From: a virus
Lineage: Duplodnaviria; Caudoviricetes
Direction: 5' to 3' (one strand)
IMG/VR virus record: IMGVR_UViG_3300033565_000009
Span: 1-41,838 of that record
Length of the DNA stretch: 41,838 bases
Below, piece by piece: positions 17,570 to 24,368 of the stretch. The position numbers were made by a program, and so were the translations under genes. The notes under the pieces are model-generated. The model did not search any database and was not told the origin of the DNA. It was given only the letters and a program-made list of their open reading frames with translations. Numbering within the stretch: the first letter of the stretch is position 1; the number at the start of each line of letters is the position of its first letter.

Positions 17570-17839
17570 ATGGCAGAACATAAATGGTTGCCGAGTGAAA
17601 ACGATACGCGTCGACATTGTGCGTTGTGCGGAATATATGAGGATTATGGCAAGAAAAATAAATGTCAGTATAAAGATCCAGAACCAGTTGGTCGTCCAGC
17701 GTTAGAACCAGATAAAAAGCGTAAACCCCGCAGTTTTAAGGCTACAGATGAAGAGTGGCAGGATATACAAGACAGAGCAAAAGAGGCAGGAATGAGCGCT
17801 GGTGAGTATATCAGGAGAAAAACGTTGGGGGCTGGTTAG
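17570..17839 (+). CDS. Zinc-finger plus MobC-like ribbon-helix-helix protein
   Basis: H..HCALCG..C, then GRP and RSFKATDEEW..I...A...GMS..EYIR RHH pattern. Confidence 0.7.
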   Translation: MAEHKWLPSENDTRRHCALCGIYEDYGKKNKCQYKDPEPVGRPALEPDKKRKPRSFKATDEEWQDIQDRAKEAGMSAGEYIRRKTLGAG

Positions 17840-17867
17840 GCCCCCACAGATAGGGATCACCTCCCCT

Positions 17868-18155
17868 CTAATTAATCGAAAGCTTTTCTACACCTTTAAA
17901 AAGATCGTGAACAAAGTTTGCACCCCGGCTGATCAGAACGCCAGTTAATATTTGTCCAATAATCGGATACATTATGGTCAACCCCAAGGCAGCGCAGAGA
18001 TCAACTCCTGTTGCTACAGCCACAACCACACCAATAATTAAAGCTCCAATTCTATCTGGATTCAGCTTGCCTTTGTCCCAAATCGGCTTGAAAGTTTCCC
18101 AGATTGCCTCCGCTAAGATTGCGGCGATTATGATAACCGTAATACCAGTTGCCAT
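17868..18155 (-). CDS. Putative holin
   Basis: Small multi-TM protein directly after the endolysin; ILTG..ISRGANFVHD motif; SD GGAGGT. Confidence 0.7.
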   Translation of the reverse strand: MATGITVIIIAAILAEAIWETFKPIWDKGKLNPDRIGALIIGVVVAVATGVDLCAALGLTIMYPIIGQILTGVLISRGANFVHDLFKGVEKLSIN

Positions 18156-18156
18156 A

Positions 18157-18921
18157 CTATTTACCTCCTTTGATGATAACAGTTGAAGTAGGTTTATCCC
18201 ACTCAACACTCATACCGGCATTTCTGAGCGATACAGCAGGTATAAAAGTGGTATCCTTGCCATCGACGTTCAAAATAACAGCATTATCAAGAGGGGATCC
18301 ATTTAGAGTTGTTTTGACTTCGGGCATTTCAATTCCTAACTTCATTTCTTCTGCCACTTCCTTTCTTGTAAACAGCCAGTAAGAAGGGTTTCTATTGGCT
18401 GTATCCATCGTCAATACAGAAATATCACAAATACAGTTATTGCCCTGCATTTTTACTTTGCCGGTACGGCCTGGCTTTTGATATTTACCCTGATAATAAC
18501 CAGGGTCAAGAACAATAACCTTTTCATCTGCCGAAAGTCCAGCAACGACAATGAAATGTCCTCCATCGCTGAACACACCCATATACCCAGGACGATTACC
18601 ACCAACATTAGCAATGGCCATTCCCCCCTTGCGGAGATGATCCAGTAGGATGCTCTCATTATTGGTTGTTTTAAAGTTCAAATCGTAGTCTTTGCCGATT
18701 TTTTCAGCAAGAATATTCATATCAGTACCTCCTGACACACGAGCCTTGACCTTGATCGCATAAGCGGCCATGGCTACCGGATCAATCGTTTTACCTGACA
18801 TATTACTAACGACCATAGCCATACATGTTGGTCCGCAGCCACTACTCTTCACGGTTGCCTTTTCATAACTAGGTGCCGGATAAAGCACATTCCCATAGTT
18901 GTTTTGATTAAAAACGATCAA
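18157..18921 (-). CDS. Putative endolysin: C39-like cysteine peptidase plus copper-amine-oxidase-N-like binding domain
   Basis: SGCGPT (Cys), GGHFIV (His), LDP (Asp); C-terminal TFIP....G..VEWD; flanked by holin-like genes. Confidence 0.75.
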   Translation of the reverse strand: MIVFNQNNYGNVLYPAPSYEKATVKSSGCGPTCMAMVVSNMSGKTIDPVAMAAYAIKVKARVSGGTDMNILAEKIGKDYDLNFKTTNNESILLDHLRKGGMAIANVGGNRPGYMGVFSDGGHFIVVAGLSADEKVIVLDPGYYQGKYQKPGRTGKVKMQGNNCICDISVLTMDTANRNPSYWLFTRKEVAEEMKLGIEMPEVKTTLNGSPLDNAVILNVDGKDTTFIPAVSLRNAGMSVEWDKPTSTVIIKGGK

Positions 18922-18933
18922 TTCAACTCCCCC

Positions 18934-19203
18934 TTATAACGGGTTGACCTCTGCCGGTTTCTCATCTTCTATTTCCTTACACATAGGCTTATCTGGCCAG
19001 GTATTATTTTTACTAAGATTTTCAAACAAGGATTTGAGAGCATAAATTAATGTGACTGTCAGAATTTCCACGACGATTGTTTTTGATAGGGTTTCGGCAA
19101 TTTTAATTTTATTCATGAAAGCCAAGGCATAGGTAAGATACACCCAAACAGTGGCATGAAAAATCAGCCAGGCAACGATTAGTTTTGAAAATTCCTTTTT
19201 CAA
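18934..19203 (-). CDS. Two-TM lysis cassette protein (holin-like)
   Basis: KKEFSK followed by two hydrophobic helices. Confidence 0.65.
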   Translation of the reverse strand: MKKEFSKLIVAWLIFHATVWVYLTYALAFMNKIKIAETLSKTIVVEILTVTLIYALKSLFENLSKNNTWPDKPMCKEIEDEKPAEVNPL

Positions 19204-19215
19204 TGGATCACACCC

Positions 19216-19503
19216 TTAAACTGTTTGAGAAATGCGCCGCAAATAATCGTTGTATTTTATCTCAACCTCTTTTGCCCAGCACATTGCCTCTTCCACATCG
19301 CCATTTGTTTTTTGGTTAAGTACCGCCTTTGCTGTTACCTTACTTAATTTAAGTCCAGCTTGGGACATTTCCATTTGAATTAGAGCTCCTTCATTGCGTA
19401 AATCATTAACGCGTTTTTCTTTACGCTGGTGAACCCCGATATAAGCAACACCAATAGCCCCAATAGCAGAAATTCCAGCGGAAACAATACCTGTCAAATC
19501 CAC
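19216..19503 (-). CDS. Single-TM lysis cassette protein (holin/XhlA-like)
   Basis: N-terminal TM plus helical tail; first gene of the lysis cassette. Confidence 0.65.
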   Translation of the reverse strand: MDLTGIVSAGISAIGAIGVAYIGVHQRKEKRVNDLRNEGALIQMEMSQAGLKLSKVTAKAVLNQKTNGDVEEAMCWAKEVEIKYNDYLRRISQTV

Positions 19504-19548
19504 TCCCCATCACTCCCCAACAAATATTAAATATGGTAAACTTACTTC

Positions 19549-19601
19549 GCAGGCGTAAAAAGTGTGCTCGCACTTTTCCTATTCCCCAACAGGTTGCCTG
19601 C
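19549..19601 (+). ncRNA. Putative three-way-junction antisense RNA opposite the lysis cassette leader
   Basis: P1 GCAGGC/GCCTGC, P2 AAAAGTG/CACTTTT, P3 CCT/AGG with loop ATTCCCCAAC; extended -10 TGgTAAACT at 19534-19542. Confidence 0.55.
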
Positions 19602-19615
19602 ACCTTACCCCATAT

Positions 19616-19643
19616 AAAAAGCCGCCCATCTTTGAGCGGCTTT
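19616..19643 (-). terminator. Intrinsic terminator after the tyrosine recombinase (probably bidirectional)
   Basis: AGCCGCTCA-AAGA-TGGGCGGCT followed by TTTT. Confidence 0.8.
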
Positions 19644-19647
19644 AACC

Positions 19648-20487
19648 TTAGAAATACCTCGTATAAATTTCTTTCCTCCGTGGCCCTGATAGCTGAGCGT
19701 ACAGCATTGTTGTCTCTAGTTTTTGGTGCCCAAGTAAAGTTTGAATCCCTTCCATCGGAGCCCCGTTATTTAAAAGGTGCGTAGCATATGAATGCCGTAG
19801 CTTGTGTGGATAGACATTCACCGGTACTTCAGACCTCCTGGCAACCCGCTTAATAACATATCTTAACTGGTCAATGCCCATCCGGTGCGGTTTCCGCTCA
19901 GTAACGAATAAAGCGATATCAGTATCTTTCCTTTTAGACAAATACTTTTTGAGCCAGATCGCTGCCTTGATGCTGAAATACACTTCCCTTTCCTTATTAC
20001 CCTTACCCAGTACGATACATGACCGATTATCCCAGTCAATAGCATTCCTGTTAAGTCGATGTATCTCTCCGATCCGGCAGCCGGTTGTGTACATAAATTC
20101 AATCAGAGCATGCTCCAATGGAGTTATGCATCCTTCTCTGAGTAATTCTGTATCTTCTTCACTGAGCGCTTTTGGAACACGTTGCCCGAGCTTTGGTTCT
20201 CGTAACTTTGCAGCCGGGTTCCTGGGACAATAACCTTCATCAGTTGCCCAACGAAAAAAGGCTCGAATGAAACGAATTCGTCCACCCAAGCTGGCAGGTT
20301 TAAGATGAGCGCACTTCTCAATAAGATAGCTCTTGAGATCTACCAGATTGATCTCTTCAATATCTGTCTCCCCAAAATGCCTGATCAGTAGATTAATTTG
20401 TACCCGGTATAACCTTAAAGTGGCTTGAGAATACCCCTCAATGGTTTTGTCGGCAACATAGAGCTGCCATGCTTCACTAAGTAGCAT
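19648..20487 (-). CDS. XerD-like tyrosine recombinase adjacent to the cassette array
   Basis: Core-binding N-terminal domain, TGCRIGE, GKGNKER, HKLRHSYATH, LLGH, TT.LY. Confidence 0.95.
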   Translation of the reverse strand: MLLSEAWQLYVADKTIEGYSQATLRLYRVQINLLIRHFGETDIEEINLVDLKSYLIEKCAHLKPASLGGRIRFIRAFFRWATDEGYCPRNPAAKLREPKLGQRVPKALSEEDTELLREGCITPLEHALIEFMYTTGCRIGEIHRLNRNAIDWDNRSCIVLGKGNKEREVYFSIKAAIWLKKYLSKRKDTDIALFVTERKPHRMGIDQLRYVIKRVARRSEVPVNVYPHKLRHSYATHLLNNGAPMEGIQTLLGHQKLETTMLYAQLSGPRRKEIYTRYF

Positions 20488-20529
20488 GATATGATACCTC
20501 CCGCAAGATATTTTTGTTTCCCGCAGTAG

Positions 20530-20603
20530 ATGTGTATAACAGGCTGCACCTGCGGGGGTGCTTTTCGATCAGGTAGCTAATCCGACCTAGCCTGCTTACA
20601 CAT
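20530..20603 (-). ncRNA. Structured three-way-junction leader RNA of the recombinase
   Basis: P1 AGCAGGCT/AGCCTGTT, P2 GGTCGG/CTGATC, P3 GCACC/GGTGC with loop CCCGCA complementary to two downstream TGCGGG sites. Confidence 0.6.
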
Positions 20604-20604
20604 T

Positions 20605-20633
20605 ACCATATCATTCCAATTAGGACAAGTCAA
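20605..20633 (-). promoter_or_regulatory. SigA-type promoter of the recombinase
   Basis: TTGACT-17-TATGGT with extended -10 TG. Confidence 0.65.
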
Positions 20634-20635
20634 TC

Positions 20636-20663
20636 TTCAAGTAACGCTATTCCGTTGACATAA
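20636..20663 (-). repeat. Candidate recombination site 3 (11-6-11)
   Basis: TTATGTCAACG-GAATAG-CGTTACTTGAA. Confidence 0.75.
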
Positions 20664-20711
20664 TTTAACAAAATACGCAAATATTTGACATAACGTATAC
20701 AGAAATATACG

Positions 20712-20912
20712 TCAGTCCATCTCATCCTTGGTAATACCGAACTCTTTGATAAGTTCTTTTATAACCAGGTCAAGGGCTTGCATCTGTCCCAGGAGATTAT
20801 CTTTCATGCCGTCAAAGTCTGGATCGTTGATTTCGTTCTTCAGCATTTGCCTTTTCCAGACATACCGCTTGATTATGTCTATGATTTTTCCTCTCCTGAA
20901 TGTCTCTGCCAT
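20712..20912 (-). CDS. Conserved cassette protein, copy B (66 aa)
   Basis: SD GAGGTGA before MAETF; paralogue of 21305-21505. Confidence 0.8.
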   Translation of the reverse strand: MAETFRRGKIIDIIKRYVWKRQMLKNEINDPDFDGMKDNLLGQMQALDLVIKELIKEFGITKDEMD

Positions 20913-20982
20913 CCTGATCACCTCGTTGGTTTATATACGTGATCAGAAAGGATTTTCCTTTATTATGCCGAGGTTATTGTAA

Positions 20983-21165
20983 TTAGCCCTTAAAGTTAGG
21001 ATTTACAGTTGGATATTTATCGTATCCGGTTCCTTCCCACTTGGGATCATCTTTGTACTTACCTTCTTTCCAGCATTTTACGCAACATTCGTTACTATTG
21101 AAAAAGCTGTGCTTGGGGTTTCGTTCTCCACCACAATATTTGCATTTAATTTCGGTGTCAAACAT
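20983..21165 (-). CDS. Small Cys-rich (CxxC...CxxC) cargo protein
   Basis: SD GAGGAGGTGG; CKYC and CVKC. Confidence 0.7.
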   Translation of the reverse strand: MFDTEIKCKYCGGERNPKHSFFNSNECCVKCWKEGKYKDDPKWEGTGYDKYPTVNPNFKG

Positions 21166-21228
21166 ATTTCCACCTCCTCAGATGTTATTCTGCTAAAGTA
21201 TATTCACCGTATACAAATGTATGCGTTA

Positions 21229-21256
21229 TGCAAGTAACGCTATTCCGTTGACATAA
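21229..21256 (-). repeat. Candidate recombination site 2 (11-6-11)
   Basis: TTATGTCAACG-GAATAG-CGTTACTTGCA. Confidence 0.75.
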
Positions 21257-21304
21257 TTTAACAAAATACGTAAATATTTGACAAAACGTATACAGAAATA
21301 TACG

Positions 21305-21505
21305 TCAGTCCAGTTCATCTTTGGTAATACCGAACTCTTTGACAAGCTCTTTTATAACTAGGTCAAGGGCTTGCATTTGGCCCAGGAGATTATCTTTCAT
21401 ACCATCGAAGTCTGGATCGTTGATCTCGTTCTTAAGCATTTGCCGTTTCCAGACATACCGTTTGATTATGTCTATGATTTTTCCTCTCCTGAATGTCTCT
21501 GCCAT
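21305..21505 (-). CDS. Conserved cassette protein, copy A (66 aa)
   Basis: 64/66 aa identical to copy B. Confidence 0.8.
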   Translation of the reverse strand: MAETFRRGKIIDIIKRYVWKRQMLKNEINDPDFDGMKDNLLGQMQALDLVIKELVKEFGITKDELD

Positions 21506-21520
21506 CCCGATCACCTCATG

Positions 21521-21925
21521 TTAATTATAGGTGATTAGTTCAGGATTTTGAAATATGTTTCCGATTATTTCCCATGACATTTCCATGTCGCTTCTGCAAT
21601 GCCAAAAATCTTCGTTAATCGGCTGGGGATATAAAATATACATCGGAACACCTGTTTCACGCCACTTCACCGCAAAAACTCTGTGAGATCCGTCACGCCA
21701 AACCCTCAGTATATCTCCTTCATATACTTCTCGTTTGTTTTTATCACGCAGGCCGGTAAATTGTTGTAAGACAAAACGTTCTTTAAACATATCAGGGTCT
21801 TTAATGATGTCTAAATAGAATATATTTTTAGGATTTTTACCAGGTTGTATTGCAATAAAAATCTCTCCGCCACTTAAAAACTCACACCTCCGTGTATCCC
21901 ATGCCCTAAACCTTATGTCTCGCAT
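21521..21925 (-). CDS. YopX family protein
   Basis: MR.I.FRAWD, QFTGL.DKN..EVYEGDI, EIIGNI..NPEL. Confidence 0.9.
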   Translation of the reverse strand: MRDIRFRAWDTRRCEFLSGGEIFIAIQPGKNPKNIFYLDIIKDPDMFKERFVLQQFTGLRDKNKREVYEGDILRVWRDGSHRVFAVKWRETGVPMYILYPQPINEDFWHCRSDMEMSWEIIGNIFQNPELITYN

Positions 21926-22005
21926 TCTTGCAAAATCACTCCCCTCCATGTTTATCCAAAGCCTTTTTAAGTATCGAAATATTATTGTATGCTTTCGTAT
22001 ACATA

Positions 22006-22033
22006 TTCAAGTTACGCTATTCCGTTAGCTAAA
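22006..22033 (-). repeat. Candidate recombination site 1 (11-6-11), overlapping the upstream gene's stop codon
   Basis: TTTAGCTAACG-GAATAG-CGTAACTTGAA. Confidence 0.75.
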
Positions 22034-22277
22034 TAACGGACTCTTTCACAGGGTATGGAAGCACATCTGATTCAACGACTTCTGCCCCTGTGATGCTCTG
22101 CACATATCCCGCCAGCCAGTCAAGCGTGACCTCGTTCCACGGATGGCAACAAGCAAAGCGTCCGTCTGCCAGTTCAAGCGGTTCACCCAGTAGCACCGGG
22201 CCAATGCCACCCTCAAGGTCGGGGGTGCAGGCAATTTCTGTCAGAATATCCTTATTCGGCACTATCAGTATCGCCAT
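22029..22277 (-). CDS. Hypothetical protein (distal tail region)
   Basis: SD GGAGG; 82 aa. Confidence 0.7.
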   Translation of the reverse strand: MAILIVPNKDILTEIACTPDLEGGIGPVLLGEPLELADGRFACCHPWNEVTLDWLAGYVQSITGAEVVESDVLPYPVKESVI

Positions 22278-22419
22278 AGCGTTCCCTCCAATCCTGTAAG
22301 CGTTCTTCTTTCTGTGCTTCCCGGTCTTTTTTGAGCTTCGGTCGTTTCCATGTTTTTAGGCGTTCTGTCTTGCGTTCTTCGCGGGTTTGGGCTTTTGCTA
22401 CATCCTTTATTTTAGGCAA
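22252..22419 (-). CDS. Small highly charged protein, about 55 aa (MPKIKDVAKAQTREERK...)
   Basis: Open frame bridging two genes; TTG after GGGGTG; not in the ORF track. Confidence 0.5.
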   Translation of the reverse strand: MPKIKDVAKAQTREERKTERLKTWKRPKLKKDREAQKEERLQDWRERYGDTDSAE

Positions 22420-23650
22420 CAGCAACACCCCGTTTCGCGAGTTCTTTTTTAATAGCGAGATTATTCTGTTTTAATTCATAATCAGACAAAGCCCGATTAT
22501 AAATAAGTAAAATATATATATCCCCATTCCAAAAATATCCTGCAGCCCCGATTCGGCCAATATTTAGTAAAGTGCTTACATCAGCATTAGAAGCCTGCGT
22601 CCATCTGGAATCTGAATTACCTACCTTTACTCTTAACGCATCTTTCACGGATTGTCCTGTGAAAATATTTACCGTTTCGTTAGGGGGTATGCCGGCTAAT
22701 GTAACAGAAGCACTCCCAGATTTAAGAACTACGTTAGTGTTACTTTGGTAAAACTGAACACCACTTGCCCCACCGCTTGTTAAAGAACATATGTCTCCCT
22801 CAGCGGTAATCCCTGTAGCTCTTTTAGCTGCAGTCATAATAGTCCAGTTGTATCCCAGGGCGGGGAATGCTACAGAATTAGCATAATCATCACTTCCAAA
22901 ACTCAACCCCTGGCTCGTCCATGTCGGGTCGTTGGTATCGCTGCCCGTGGTGCTGCCTAACGTGCCGTTATAAAGCGGTAATTCTCGCGATACAGTGCCG
23001 TCGAACCAGCCTGCGAAGAGTACATCACATTGGGCGGCGGTTGGCTCGTTTCCTGCTCCGAATAAGGCGGTTAGGTCGATTGCCATGACTTCTTGTATTT
23101 CTGTTATTTTTCCGTTGGCAGTGGAATTATCTGCATAAACACTAAGGATTCTCATGCTAATAGATCCAGTACCACCAGAAGTTAAAGTAACCAAAGCCCC
23201 TTTATTGTAAACTGTATTAACTGCCGGAGAAGTTACAAGTATACCCTCCTGAGTTGTCATTCCAGAAGTTGAATCAACCCATATTTTAAGAACAGAACAT
23301 GCGGAGTTAGTAACTTTAATCTTTGGTTTTATATATAATTTTTTACCAGAGACATAGGAACATATATTTGAATAACGAGCAATCGGATACGAATTGTTGC
23401 CAGTACCAGTAACAGTTAAGGTATTGTTAGAGGCAGTTAAAACAGAAGAGCCACTATAAGTATCCCACCCAGTAGTACTCTGCGAGAAGTTGCCATTCGT
23501 TATTAAATTCGATACATCTTTAGGTATCATAACCTTATTCCATAGCGTCTGTGCGTCCACATTCTGTACGAAGTCGTACCATGCAACAAGACCATTCTTC
23601 ACAATACCCGCTGGCGGTGAAGCCATTAGTAACCTTTGATTAGGCATCAT
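22412..23650 (-). CDS. Virion protein with LamG/ConA-like and carbohydrate-binding-like domains
   Basis: GLVAWYDF start, NLITNGNFS, IDLT..FG.G.EPT, GDIY..LIYNRALS..E end. Confidence 0.7.
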   Translation of the reverse strand: MMPNQRLLMASPPAGIVKNGLVAWYDFVQNVDAQTLWNKVMIPKDVSNLITNGNFSQSTTGWDTYSGSSVLTASNNTLTVTGTGNNSYPIARYSNICSYVSGKKLYIKPKIKVTNSACSVLKIWVDSTSGMTTQEGILVTSPAVNTVYNKGALVTLTSGGTGSISMRILSVYADNSTANGKITEIQEVMAIDLTALFGAGNEPTAAQCDVLFAGWFDGTVSRELPLYNGTLGSTTGSDTNDPTWTSQGLSFGSDDYANSVAFPALGYNWTIMTAAKRATGITAEGDICSLTSGGASGVQFYQSNTNVVLKSGSASVTLAGIPPNETVNIFTGQSVKDALRVKVGNSDSRWTQASNADVSTLLNIGRIGAAGYFWNGDIYILLIYNRALSDYELKQNNLAIKKELAKRGVAVA

Positions 23651-23663
23651 AAGCCATCACCCC

Positions 23664-24302
23664 CTACATCGGAACGACAAACAGATCAATTGTTTTTACC
23701 ACACTGGCAGTCGGAGTATAGGCTCCAATGGTTTCGAGGATGCCGTACAATGACGTTCCGGTCAGGGTAACGTATTTATTGATATTATCATCTTGACTAA
23801 ATATGTTATAACCAACGTCAACCGGGGTACTGATTGTGATGTATCCGCAATATTTACCCGCAGCTGCATCAGCTTCGGCAAGAGTTGTGAATGCGGCGTT
23901 ATCAGCAATCGCAGTTGGTGCTGTTTTGAATAAATGTAAACGCCAACCAGAACATCCGGACGGTACGGCAAGGTTTGTACTTGCCTTACTTGCAATTAAT
24001 TTTGCACTTGAAATTACAACCGTAGCACCTGCTGTTCCTACGCCAGCAAAGGTTAAATAATTTGGTGCGCTTGTGCTGTCTGATAAAACATCGCCAGCGG
24101 CATAGGCATCTGTTAGGTTGGGACGGGTGAAGTTCGCACTGACTTTCTTTGCAACATTACTTCCCGCTACTTGCAGACCAGCATTCTTGTTTACGATCAG
24201 TCCGTTATACAATGCCTCGATCATGTCAGCAATATTTACTGTGGTATTGTCTTCCTTAAGCCGCCGTCCAGAACCAGGTGCCATTTGTTTTATGTCACTC
24301 AT
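23664..24302 (-). CDS. Putative virion structural protein
   Basis: Ala/Thr-rich beta protein, TRP....YAAGDV motif, in the tail region. Confidence 0.6.
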   Translation of the reverse strand: MSDIKQMAPGSGRRLKEDNTTVNIADMIEALYNGLIVNKNAGLQVAGSNVAKKVSANFTRPNLTDAYAAGDVLSDSTSAPNYLTFAGVGTAGATVVISSAKLIASKASTNLAVPSGCSGWRLHLFKTAPTAIADNAAFTTLAEADAAAGKYCGYITISTPVDVGYNIFSQDDNINKYVTLTGTSLYGILETIGAYTPTASVVKTIDLFVVPM

Positions 24303-24344
24303 TTTTATATAGCCTCCTTCTTTTTAATAACTCAAGCTATAATT

Positions 24345-24368
24345 AAAGCCGCCCATCTCTGAACGGTT
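24345..24368 (-). terminator. Terminator-like hairpin; near-copy of 19618-19641
   Basis: AAAGCCGCCCATCTCTGAACGGTT, 21/24 identical to the other copy. Confidence 0.55.

Larger units (their letters stand above)
20647..21239 (-). mobile_element. Gene cassette B (593 bp): Cys-rich ORF, conserved 66-aa ORF and arm region
   Basis: Bounded by directly repeated sites 2 and 3. Confidence 0.65.
21240..22016 (-). mobile_element. Gene cassette A (777 bp): YopX, conserved 66-aa ORF and arm region
   Basis: Bounded by directly repeated sites 1 and 2. Confidence 0.65.

Noticed and set aside
19533-19784. 83-aa plus-strand ORF
   Set aside because: No SD, crosses a terminator and is antisense to the recombinase; better explained by the structured RNA.
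20530-20603. Bridge-RNA-like guide for the recombinase
   Set aside because: The loops do not match the recombination sites; their complementarity is to the SD region.
20712-21514. Diversity-generating retroelement TR/VR pair
   Set aside because: No reverse transcriptase; differences are mostly synonymous third-position changes, include C/T swaps and are not adenine-specific.
20636-22033. CRISPR array
   Set aside because: The intervals are 593-777 bp and contain whole genes; there are no cas genes.
19648-22033. Shufflon / invertible tail-fibre switch
   Set aside because: All three sites are direct repeats and all genes are co-oriented, which predicts excision and insertion rather than inversion.
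19648-22033. Classical integron (IntI/attC)
   Set aside because: The 279-aa enzyme shows no evident IntI-specific insertion, the sites are short dif-like dyads rather than long attC hairpins, and the integrase is co-oriented downstream of the array.
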